IMG/VR virus record: IMGVR_UViG_2531839450_000016
Location: 1-33,778 of that record
Strand: one strand, 5' to 3'
DNA length: 33,778 bases
Source: a virus
Taxonomy: Duplodnaviria > Heunggongvirae > Uroviricota > Caudoviricetes
Shown: piece after piece, positions 26,208-33,778 of the stretch
Layout of the letters: every line of letters starts with the position of its first letter
Position numbering within the stretch: position 1 is the stretch's first letter
The notes under the pieces: generated by a model
The model's input: only the letters and a program-made list of their open reading frames with translations
What the model was told of the DNA's origin: nothing
Database searches by the model: none
Made by a program: the position numbers and the translations under genes

Positions 26208-26223
26208 CTGTTTATATTTACAG
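26208..26223. promoter_or_regulatory. LexA (SOS) box
   Basis: CTGT-ttatattt-ACAG (CTGT-N8-ACAG, AT-rich spacer) inside cactgtttatatttacagta, about 45 bp upstream of the small ORF / DinI-like pair. Confidence 0.55.
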
Positions 26224-26317
26224 TATATAATAACCTTACTGATGTAAAACGTTTTTTTACGTTCATCAGCATGATATGCCTGGTATTATTAAGAGCACGA
26301 ATTGTTAACCCGCGTAA

Positions 26318-28732
26318 TTAATACAGGTTCCGCCACTTATCATCTTCCTGCAAACGCTGGTTCCGATAGAAGATACGCAGGCCTGCTCCTGACGGAATAC
26401 TGCCTCCGCGAAGGAGTAAATCGACCTCTTTCTCGCTGCCATCAAATCCTCTGGACTTCAGCTCATACACGAGCTGCAGTCGCTGATGGTCTGTAATTCG
26501 CTGTTTGTAGTCTTTACGCCGTTTCGGTTTCACCAGGCGTAACCTTGCTGCCAGTTCCCGGCACTCTTTTTTGCTCATACTGTGCAGGTAATCGTGCAAC
26601 TCCTTGTCATCCATGCGGGTAATATCCGTTCTGGTGTCCCCATCAGCTGATTTATCTTTCTCCTGTTGGTTCAAATTTTCAGCAAGGGGACAGTTATTGC
26701 CACGAGTCCAAGGGGCGCAAGCGCCCTGGTCGGCTACCGCCTCCTGAACGTCAACGGCCTTACGAACCATTTTCCACTTCACTGCATGAGTGCAGATCTT
26801 GCCCTCTGAAATGGGTGACCAGATGCCATAAATACGAATACCGTGATCGCCATAGGCGGTCGGCTCTTCGTTGATTTCATAAGCGGTTCTGATGAGGTGA
26901 TATTTACGGGGAACCAGTACGCCGCCCTGCTTCATGATGTAGGAGGCAAAACAACCAGCATCAGCAGCAGCCAGGATGGCATCAAGGCGCGGGTTATCCA
27001 GTACCGGCGCACCTGCTTTTTTGTCCCCCTGTTGCCTTGCCGCCTGACCAGCCAGCAATCGCAGTTCACGGTAAGCCTGACGCCCCGGAATGCCAAAGAA
27101 GCGGAATTGCTGAACACGATGCAGAGACGCCCAGGCATTAACGTATTCAGCGTTATCACGCAGGGATTTACCCGTTTCCTTGCTGATCTCACCAGCCAGA
27201 CCACGCCCGTCAATGTTCTTACTGATGTATTTCGCGATGTAGCTTGTTGGCGTACCTTTGCGCGGGTTTATCAGCTCAGACTTAAAGCGTGGTCCCGTGT
27301 TATTACCCAGCTCCTCGCGGTCTTCACGAATGGCAAACTTACGCAACAAAGCAGTAATGGCTCGGCGATCTTTTTTGCGCATAAAACACAACAGGTGCCA
27401 GTGAACTGTACCGTCATGATGCGGCTCAGCCACCCGCACGCCATACCAGCGCAATCCGGCTTTGTGCATCGCTTTACGAAATGCAGCAAACATGCCGACC
27501 AGATAATCACTGCTTTGTCTTACCGTCGCGTTTGTCCAGGTCGGGTTTGGTCTGCCGTTATTTAGCGTGGAATGGAAACGTGACGGACAGGTGATGGTGT
27601 AGAAAACGGCGCAGTCACCGCGCATTTCCGCGATAAGCTCCAGACCTTTAACACAGGCCATCATCTCATTGCGGCGATGCGCAGGGTTGCTGCTGCTGGC
27701 GTTTACCACATCCTCCATGTCCAGCGTGTCGCCGTCTTCGTTCACCAGTTCATGAGAACGGAAAAACTCCAGCGACTTACGGCGCTGCTCACGTTTATGC
27801 AACACGGCTTCATAGCTGACATAGGGAGATACTTTTTTGCTGACAAGGCAGACAGCACGCAACTGCTCTTCCCGCCATTCGCAACGCATCTTCCATAATT
27901 TCCGATACCACCAGTCGGCGCATAACATACGCGCCAGCGAACCCGGAATGAGTTCATAAGGCACGGGTTTACGGCGGTTTCTTTTCCGACGGAGTTGCTC
28001 AAACGCAGGCGGGATAACATCCAGACGCAGGGTTTCCGCTGCCACCTTTTCCCATGTCTTGCGGATTTCTTCTGGCGTAACATCATCGGTGGCATACAAA
28101 TCGCCACAAGCTGTATCAAGGCACATGCTCATATGCGCAGCTACCAAGGTGGACAGGCGTTTCACCTGATCCTGACTCATTTCAGGCAGGATCAGCAGGC
28201 CGTCCAGCCCTTCATGGCTTGCCATAAAGCGAAAAGAAGTGGATAGCTGACTGTCGCGTACATGCTCCAGTCGTTCCAAGCATGGCTTAATCGTCTCACG
28301 CAAATAGCGGGAATAAGCCTTTGGCCTGCCCAGGCTGCTGAAGTATTTAATACGTTGCATCAGCGGCTTGCTGATATGGGAAGGCTGGGCGTTGACGTCC
28401 GCCAGAATGGCCATGTCTGGATTAAAACGCTGCTGCTCATGCGCCAGCTTTGCCCGGCTAATTAGCTTATCCTGCTCCATTTCGCGTTGGACAGGATCAC
28501 GGGATTCATTAAAGAAATAACGCTCCCAGACCTGATCACTCAGTGCCTCGCGGCGTAGTTGTTCCTGCTCGTTATCGGCAGCGTACAGAGTGATCAGGTT
28601 TGAAAGCGCAGAAACCGGCGCAACTTCCGCCGGGTCCAGATAAGGGTTAATGGCCTTTTTCGGGCTGTTCCATGAGAATGCTGCGGCGACCTCGTTAAAG
28701 CCGCTGCAGTTGTTCATATCAGCATGGCTCAT
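26318..28732 (-). CDS. A: Replication initiation endonuclease gpA (rolling-circle initiator)
   Basis: Large ORF with a His-rich motif ([14 protein letters not shown]) consistent with a rolling-circle Rep metal site; probable start ATG at 28730-28732, overlapping the Dam stop (ATGA). Confidence 0.9.
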   Translation of the reverse strand: MSHADMNNCSGFNEVAAAFSWNSPKKAINPYLDPAEVAPVSALSNLITLYAADNEQEQLRREALSDQVWERYFFNESRDPVQREMEQDKLISRAKLAHEQQRFNPDMAILADVNAQPSHISKPLMQRIKYFSSLGRPKAYSRYLRETIKPCLERLEHVRDSQLSTSFRFMASHEGLDGLLILPEMSQDQVKRLSTLVAAHMSMCLDTACGDLYATDDVTPEEIRKTWEKVAAETLRLDVIPPAFEQLRRKRNRRKPVPYELIPGSLARMLCADWWYRKLWKMRCEWREEQLRAVCLVSKKVSPYVSYEAVLHKREQRRKSLEFFRSHELVNEDGDTLDMEDVVNASSSNPAHRRNEMMACVKGLELIAEMRGDCAVFYTITCPSRFHSTLNNGRPNPTWTNATVRQSSDYLVGMFAAFRKAMHKAGLRWYGVRVAEPHHDGTVHWHLLCFMRKKDRRAITALLRKFAIREDREELGNNTGPRFKSELINPRKGTPTSYIAKYISKNIDGRGLAGEISKETGKSLRDNAEYVNAWASLHRVQQFRFFGIPGRQAYRELRLLAGQAARQQGDKKAGAPVLDNPRLDAILAAADAGCFASYIMKQGGVLVPRKYHLIRTAYEINEEPTAYGDHGIRIYGIWSPISEGKICTHAVKWKMVRKAVDVQEAVADQGACAPWTRGNNCPLAENLNQQEKDKSADGDTRTDITRMDDKELHDYLHSMSKKECRELAARLRLVKPKRRKDYKQRITDHQRLQLVYELKSRGFDGSEKEVDLLLRGGSIPSGAGLRIFYRNQRLQEDDKWRNLY

Positions 28733-29586
28733 GCACGCACTCCGTACACGACGGAACAATCCACGCCACGCGAAGGATCAAATCCTACCCAGCAGCGCGG
28801 CCCGGAAACAGCGATGATTTCTGTTGCTGATTTACTCTCACCAGCTGCTACGCCGATGCTGCGTTTTACCTTGATATAGTGGTGAGTAAAATTGCGATAC
28901 AGCGAACGGATCAGGGATGTGTCACTGTTAGAAACAATGACCGGATGTCCTTCTGATGACCGATGTTCAAGAACGGATGCCAGGTGATACTGGTCATCTT
29001 CAGTAAAGCCGTCAGCGTGATAGCCGGAAAACGTACCGTCATAAGGCGGATCGCAATACACCACATCCCCCGCCTTCAACATCGCCAGCGTTTCATCAAA
29101 GCTGGCGCAGATAAACGTTGCTCGCTGGGCTTTTTCTGCAAAAGCGCGAATTTCTTTTTCAGGGAAATACGGATTTTTATAATTACCGTAGGGAATGTTG
29201 AAATGCCCGCTCTTGTTATAGCGACATAACCCACGGTAACCGTGACGATTGAGATACAGGAAATATACCGCTTTCATGAAATCAGTAATTTCAGTTGAGT
29301 AATTAAACTCCTGCCTTATGTTGTAATAAGCCACCTCCCTGTTTGCGATCTCAAATAAAACTTTGGCGCGAGATATAAACAATTCACAATCAGCGGCAAC
29401 CTTTTTATAGAGGTTGATTAAATCAGGATTAATATCCGCAACCAGATAGCAGGGATAATCCGTCTCCATCATCACAGCACAGGAACCCGCGAAAGGTTCA
29501 ACTAGTCGCGGACCAGCAGGAAGATGTTTTTTCAGTTCGGACATTACGGCGGTTTTATTTCCCGCCCATTTCAGGATGGTGCTCAT
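28729..29586 (-). CDS. dam: DNA adenine methyltransferase (Dam family)
   Basis: From the internal Met: [11 protein letters not shown]... (the N-terminal motif typical of Dam) and DPPY catalytic motif (VYCDPPYDG); start ATG overlaps the stop of the TraR-like frame (ATGA). Confidence 0.85.
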   Translation of the reverse strand: MSTILKWAGNKTAVMSELKKHLPAGPRLVEPFAGSCAVMMETDYPCYLVADINPDLINLYKKVAADCELFISRAKVLFEIANREVAYYNIRQEFNYSTEITDFMKAVYFLYLNRHGYRGLCRYNKSGHFNIPYGNYKNPYFPEKEIRAFAEKAQRATFICASFDETLAMLKAGDVVYCDPPYDGTFSGYHADGFTEDDQYHLASVLEHRSSEGHPVIVSNSDTSLIRSLYRNFTHHYIKVKRSIGVAAGESKSATEIIAVSGPRCWVGFDPSRGVDCSVVYGVRA

Positions 29587-29808
29587 ACAGCACCTCCGTT
29601 GTAATGTTTGCCTTTCAGCTCTGCGATTTCCTGACAGGTAATGCAAAGCTGCACCCGGAATGGCACGGCGGCGTGCTGGCGGAATTGGCGCTTCACACTC
29701 AACGCAAAGCACGCGGGACACGCCCGGCGTTTTGGCACGGGCAGCACGGATATGGCGCTGGCGTTCTTCTTCAACGCGCTGCTGTACGAGATCCATTGCA
29801 TCAGCCAT
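29583..29808 (-). CDS. TraR/DksA-like C4 zinc-finger protein, apparently frameshifted in this sequence
   Basis: The N-terminal half in one frame (..LCVECEAPIPPARRRAIPG) and the C-terminal half in the +1 frame (..QLCITCQEIAELKGKHY..) together match the TraR pattern C-x2-C-x17-C-x2-C; the frames switch near 29650-29660 at a CCC/GG run. Confidence 0.5.
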
Positions 29809-30041
29809 TAGTGGATCTCCTGCGCTTCGTTCTGGATTGCTTCAGCAGTCACACGCAGCAGTTCTGCCGCTTCCACGTGGTTTAGCTGACGGGATGAGAT
29901 ATGACACGCCAGGCTATCAAGGCGAGCTGCCATTGCTTCAGCCCTTGCCCGGCGTTCTTCCAGACGAGCCTCTGTCAGTAAAATATTAAGCCCTGCGTCA
30001 TCCGGTCCGGTTTTAGTCGTGAGGGTTTCAATATTACGCAT
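29808..30041 (-). CDS. Hypothetical protein (77 aa from the ATG at 30039-30041)
   Basis: ORF with a CAGGAGA ribosome-binding site; stop overlaps the TraR-like start (TAATG). Confidence 0.5.
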   Translation of the reverse strand: MRNIETLTTKTGPDDAGLNILLTEARLEERRARAEAMAARLDSLACHISSRQLNHVEAAELLRVTAEAIQNEAQEIH

Positions 30042-30108
30042 AATCAATTCTCCTGAATTTAGATAAAGGGATGCCCGGCGGGTTTACGCCATTAATTTCA
30101 TTAGTTGG

Positions 30109-30450
30109 TTAATTCGGCATGGTTAGCCGTCTGGGAAATAAGCTCACCACTGCACGAAAATGATTCATTGCTTTAATCAGCTCCCGCTTTTCGTCAGTGG
30201 TCAGCTCATTAATGCTGATGCTATGACGTTCAGCTGGAATTTTTGCCATAAAGAATATGGCAGCCAGTGCCCGTTTATTTTGTTCATTATTGATATCCCG
30301 TGGATCACGCATATCTTTAATAAACCGCTCAAGCTCTGACTCAATATTCAGGCCAAAAACTTTCGCCCTTAGCTCCGCAATGTGATTAAGTCCATTCAGG
30401 CGTTCACCGGGGCTTAATGGAACAGTCGCCGCAGCGCCATTAATTGCCAT
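30109..30450 (-). CDS. Hypothetical protein (113 aa)
   Basis: ORF in the early operon between B and A; no recognisable motif. Confidence 0.5.
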   Translation of the reverse strand: MAINGAAATVPLSPGERLNGLNHIAELRAKVFGLNIESELERFIKDMRDPRDINNEQNKRALAAIFFMAKIPAERHSISINELTTDEKRELIKAMNHFRAVVSLFPRRLTMPN

Positions 30451-30472
30451 AATTCATATCCCCAAAACGCAA

Positions 30473-30697
30473 CTATCGTTGTTTGTTATTACGGTAACGT
30501 TCAAGAGGAGATACATTTTTTCGTATCGTCTCTTTAACCTGCTCTCCCCGTAAAAACGTCCCATCTTTTAGCGTGAAAAAGTAACTGCCATCGCCCGACA
30601 ACGACGGATAACAACAGAGCAAATCATCTTCAGGTACTGAATAACTCTCCCCTCTGTAACGAAACTGATAAACCACTTCACTTTCCGCTGCATACAT
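30473..30697 (-). CDS. Hypothetical protein (74 aa)
   Basis: ORF with a GGAGA ribosome-binding site; overlaps the 3' part of the ORF at 30568-30864 in a different frame. Confidence 0.4.
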   Translation of the reverse strand: MYAAESEVVYQFRYRGESYSVPEDDLLCCYPSLSGDGSYFFTLKDGTFLRGEQVKETIRKNVSPLERYRNNKQR

Positions 30698-30864
30698 TTT
30701 GACTTTCTCCGTTTCCTCGTGGTCAATTCAGACAGCAATTCATCTTGTGAATGACATGGATGCCAGCGTTTTCCATCCTCACCCATGATCCAGCCGTGAC
30801 CGTAGTGCATTGCCGGGCTTTGCTTTACCAGCAGCGATGCAAATGATGGTTCTTTCGTCAGCAT
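30568..30864 (-). CDS. Hypothetical protein immediately downstream of B (reading frame uncertain toward the 3' end)
   Basis: ATG at 30862-30864, 8 nt after the B stop, with a GAGG ribosome-binding site; the C-terminal third is Cys/Arg-rich and overlaps the 74-aa ORF, so the true end is unclear. Confidence 0.35.
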   Translation of the reverse strand: MLTKEPSFASLLVKQSPAMHYGHGWIMGEDGKRWHPCHSQDELLSELTTRKRRKSKCMQRKVKWFISFVTEGRVIQYLKMICSVVIRRCRAMAVTFSR

Positions 30865-30871
30865 AAGTACC

Positions 30872-31387
30872 TCACAGCAAACCAAATGAAGCACCGAGGC
30901 CAGTCACGGTATCAACTGCACTCGCCATCGCAGGGTTAGCCTGTAAACGGGCCTGCAATGAAACAGCAGCCAACGCCATCAGTCGTGTTACAGAGTTAAT
31001 GCTGCTGATAGCATCACGACGGCCTGCACTGGTTTTTACATCGCCAGATGCCGCACCTGCAGCAACACGCCCGATCTCTGCGGTTGCACTCATGACGTAA
31101 TGTGGCAGTTTCTCTTTTGCCACCTCATTAATCGGTACACATGGCAGGCAGTGAATCTGAGCCAGAAAACCATCTACTAGCGTTGAATCTTCAGTCAGAT
31201 CGGTAAGCAACCAGATTTCTGGTGCGGTTAATAAATGAGGTTGAGCTGGGTTCAGCTTGTTCCGCAGAATCTGCACATTCATGCCTGCACGTTCTGCCAG
31301 TTGCACCAGGTTGTGGCGCAGTGCGAATGCACGACAGGCTTCATCAAAATGTGGATGTTTGGAAACTTGGTAATCAAACATAGTCAA
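30872..31387 (-). CDS. B: Replication protein gpB
   Basis: 171-aa ORF downstream of the apl/cox-like gene in the early operon; P2/186 synteny. Confidence 0.75.
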   Translation of the reverse strand: MTMFDYQVSKHPHFDEACRAFALRHNLVQLAERAGMNVQILRNKLNPAQPHLLTAPEIWLLTDLTEDSTLVDGFLAQIHCLPCVPINEVAKEKLPHYVMSATAEIGRVAAGAASGDVKTSAGRRDAISSINSVTRLMALAAVSLQARLQANPAMASAVDTVTGLGASFGLL

Positions 31388-31413
31388 TGCCTCTGATGTA
31401 TTTCAGAATCGAA

Positions 31414-31635
31414 CTAATTAAGGTTTAGATTGCATTCTGAAAGCGCATCAACGGTCATGGCTGCTATGTTGATCATCACTTTTTCGCGTTTTTTATCTTT
31501 GCGCAAACGGTGACGGATAAGGCGTCCATCAGCCAACATGTCATTGATAGTATCGATGGACAGCCCTGTCAGCTCGCTATAGCGTTCAATAGTCACATGA
31601 GGCGTGGTAAGAGTGATTGAAATGTTAGGTCTCAT
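31414..31635 (-). CDS. Apl/Cox-like excisionase and early-promoter regulator (small HTH protein)
   Basis: 73-aa first gene of the early operon, divergent from cI; HTH-like segment YSELTGLSIDTINDMLADGRL. Confidence 0.6.
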   Translation of the reverse strand: MRPNISITLTTPHVTIERYSELTGLSIDTINDMLADGRLIRHRLRKDKKREKVMINIAAMTVDALSECNLNLN

Positions 31636-31760
31636 GATGCAACATTCCTCGTTTAATGATGATTAATCAGGACGAATACGGATCGTTTGTATTTTGTGAA
31701 CACCATAAACATACGATCGCACAGTGAAATCGTCAAGACAAAAGTTCACTTGGAGTGACC

Positions 31761-32330
31761 ATGAATTTGGAGAAAGGCGGACGAGGCGCTATAGAGCGCA
31801 TGGTAGAAGCTTATGGATTCAAGACTCGACAGGCGTTGTGCGATCATTTAGGAATCTCTAAAAGTACACTCGCCACACGCTACATGCGTGACTCATTCCC
31901 AGCAGAATGGGTAATCCAGTGCGCCCTTGAAACAGGCACTTCGCTTAATTGGCTCACAACCGGGCATGGTTCAAAGCAAACTTCAGGTAATACAAATACT
32001 ATGGAAGTTGCTAAATATGTATTATCTGATGGGGCTTTGTGTGAAGACGGTTTTTATATTTTCGATAGAGAATTTCTACCGTCGGCATTCAAGAATCTTT
32101 TTGTAATCACAGATAATAATTCTGAATTTATTTGTGATAAGGAATTTGATGATATACGTGATGGTAAATGGGTAATAAGTATTGATGGCGAAATAACGAT
32201 CCGTGACATTACTCGTTTACCCGGTGGAAGAATCTTCGTCGAGGGTGGAAACAGAGCCTTCGAATGTAAGATAGAAGACATTGAAATAATTGGTAAAATT
32301 ATAAGTTTAACAGTCAAGTATGTTAAATAG
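31761..32330 (+). CDS. cI: 186-type CI immunity repressor
   Basis: About 189 aa from the ATG at 31761 (GGAG ribosome-binding site); N-terminal ...EAYGF...HLGISKSTLATRY...CALETG..L.WL.TG resembles phage 186 CI as I recall it; divergent from the apl-like gene. Confidence 0.75.
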   Translation: MNLEKGGRGAIERMVEAYGFKTRQALCDHLGISKSTLATRYMRDSFPAEWVIQCALETGTSLNWLTTGHGSKQTSGNTNTMEVAKYVLSDGALCEDGFYIFDREFLPSAFKNLFVITDNNSEFICDKEFDDIRDGKWVISIDGEITIRDITRLPGGRIFVEGGNRAFECKIEDIEIIGKIISLTVKYVK

Positions 32331-32345
32331 TACCGGGAGGAAACT

Positions 32346-32537
32346 ATGCTTGGTAAGGTATTTTTTGTGGTTTTATCATGTTCTTTGTTATTAAACCCAC
32401 TAACTACCTATGCTAGAAATTATCCCTGCTCAGGGAAAAAGGGAGGTGTTTCTCACTGTACCTCAGATGGCAAATTCGTTTGCAATGATGGAACTATTAG
32501 TAAATCCAAAAAAATCTGTACTAAAAACTCACGATAA
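32346..32537 (+). CDS. Small secreted Cys-rich basic peptide (accessory gene between cI and int)
   Basis: 63-aa ORF with a strong GGGAGG ribosome-binding site; signal peptide [23 protein letters not shown]; mature part of about 40 aa has four Cys and many Lys; AT-rich. Confidence 0.55.
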   Translation: MLGKVFFVVLSCSLLLNPLTTYARNYPCSGKKGGVSHCTSDGKFVCNDGTISKSKKICTKNSR

Positions 32538-32725
32538 CTTTTGCTTTTATATCTGCGTCTAAAATAAAAATGAGCCGCAGGTTAACCGCAAAAGTTACAT
32601 GCTCACATAGCAAAAAGAATAGCCAACTTCATTATGGCTTCAGTGAGATGTATGGTCGTAGGATTTCATACATTGACACTGGTTATACATACAGTAAAAA
32701 TGCTCTCTACTGGAGGGCATTTTTT

Positions 32726-33778
32726 ATGGCAGTACGAAAACTCACCACAGGGAAATGGCTTTGCGAATGTTACCCCGCCGGACGAAGTGGGCGTCGTGTG
32801 CGTAAACAATTCGCCACCAAAGGCGAAGCTCTGGCTTTTGAGCGTCACACTATGGAAGAAACCGAATCAAAGCCATGGCTGGGCGAATCAGTGGATCGTC
32901 GAACCCTGAAAGACGTGGTTGAGCTATGGTTCAAACTACATGGTAAATCTCTGACTGCTGGGCAGCATGTCTATGACAAATTGCTGCTGATGGTTGGCGC
33001 TCTGGGCAATCCTCTTGCAACCGATCTCACCTCTAAAATGTTTGCCCACTATCGAGATAAACGCCTGACAGGCGAGATCTACTTCAGCGAGAAATGGAAG
33101 AAAGGAGCAAGCCCGGTCACCATTAACCTGGAGCAAAGCTATCTAAGTAGTGTTTTTAGCGAACTATCCCGTCTGGGCGAATGGTCGTATCCGAACCCAC
33201 TGGAGAACATGCGAAAATTCACCATCGCAGAAAAAGAGATGGCATGGCTTACCCATGAGCAGATTGTTGAATTACTGGCTGATTGCAAACGTCAGGACCC
33301 AATTCTAGCACTGGTAGTTAAGATATGCTTAAGCACAGGCGCACGCTGGCGAGAAGCCGTAAATCTTACTCGTTCACAGGTGACCAAATACCGAATTACC
33401 TTTGTAAGAACGAAGGGGAAGAAAAACAGAAGTATCCCTATCAGTAAAGAGCTTTACGAAGAGATCATGGCGCTTGATGGATTCAATTTCTTCACAGACT
33501 GCTATTTTCAATTTTTATCCGTGATGGAAAAAACGTCTATCGTGCTCCCTCGCGGTCAACTCACACACGTTCTGCGCCATACGTTTGCGGCGCACTTCAT
33601 GATGTCGGGTGGAAACATTCTGGCCTTACAAAAAATTCTCGGACACCACGATATAAAAATGACTATGCGTTACGCACATCTGGCACCGGATCATCTGGAA
33701 ACGGCGCTCCGTTTCAATCCTCTGGCAACGCTGCCAAGTGGCGACAAAGTGGCGGCAGCGGTTGGCATTACCCCGTAA
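32726..33778 (+). CDS. int: Tyrosine integrase (P2/186 family)
   Basis: From the internal Met MAVRKLTTGKW...; C-terminal catalytic region ...THVLRHTFAAHFMMSGGNILALQKILGHHDIKMTMRYAHLAP (Arg-His-x-x-Arg ... Tyr); the 3' end contains the att core repeat. Confidence 0.9.
   Translation: MAVRKLTTGKWLCECYPAGRSGRRVRKQFATKGEALAFERHTMEETESKPWLGESVDRRTLKDVVELWFKLHGKSLTAGQHVYDKLLLMVGALGNPLATDLTSKMFAHYRDKRLTGEIYFSEKWKKGASPVTINLEQSYLSSVFSELSRLGEWSYPNPLENMRKFTIAEKEMAWLTHEQIVELLADCKRQDPILALVVKICLSTGARWREAVNLTRSQVTKYRITFVRTKGKKNRSIPISKELYEEIMALDGFNFFTDCYFQFLSVMEKTSIVLPRGQLTHVLRHTFAAHFMMSGGNILALQKILGHHDIKMTMRYAHLAPDHLETALRFNPLATLPSGDKVAAAVGITP
33739..33760. repeat. Prophage attachment-site core copy (right end), direct repeat of 214-235
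   Basis: TGGCGACAAAGTGGCGGCAGCG inside the last codons of int. Confidence 0.6.

Noticed and set aside
28729-29808. 359-aa ORF in the track, read as a single protein
   Set aside because: It is a composite: the first 74 codons are the N-terminal half of a TraR-like gene, and the remainder is a Dam methylase with its own ATG overlapping the stop of the TraR-like +1 frame. Annotated as two genes with an apparent frameshift.
32570-32725. N-terminal 52 codons of the 402-aa integrase ORF
   Set aside because: P2-family integrases begin with a motif like MAVRKL...; the upstream extension has no ribosome-binding site and looks like read-through of intergenic sequence, so the start was moved to 32726.
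1-33778. Search for CRISPR arrays, tRNA or rRNA genes
   Set aside because: No regularly spaced direct repeats with unique spacers and no cloverleaf-compatible tRNA-like sequences were noticed; the window is densely protein-coding phage DNA.

Overview
The window is essentially one complete P2-family temperate prophage of about 33.5 kb, lying in reverse orientation relative to the canonical P2 map and bounded by a 22-bp direct repeat (214-235 and 33739-33760, one mismatch) that I interpret as the att core copies. All calls rest on reading the ORF-track translations against my memory of P2/186 proteins and on gene order; no database search was possible. Left to right: ogr, then the tail and baseplate genes (D, U, tape measure T, E with its E' frameshift extension, FII, FI), a serine DNA invertase next to a 1.56-kb invertible tail-fibre segment, tail fibre H, I, J, W, V, then S, R, a spanin/SAR-endolysin/holin lysis cassette, X, L, M, N, O, and the divergent P and Q genes. 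Beyond Q come the accessory and early regions: a cos-like site, DinI-like and small ORFs behind a LexA box, replication gene A, a Dam methylase, a TraR-like zinc-finger ORF, B, a 186-type apl/cI switch and the integrase. Four visibly AT-rich insertions interrupt this backbone. The most interesting is a tightly linked two-gene cassette between Q and cos (22306-24628, minus strand) encoding an ABC-type ATPase and a SIR2-like protein, which I propose as a candidate anti-phage defence system that I cannot assign to a named system. The others are a two-TM membrane protein between V and S, a lipoprotein beside cos, and a small secreted Cys-rich peptide between cI and int. No tRNA, rRNA or CRISPR array was seen.
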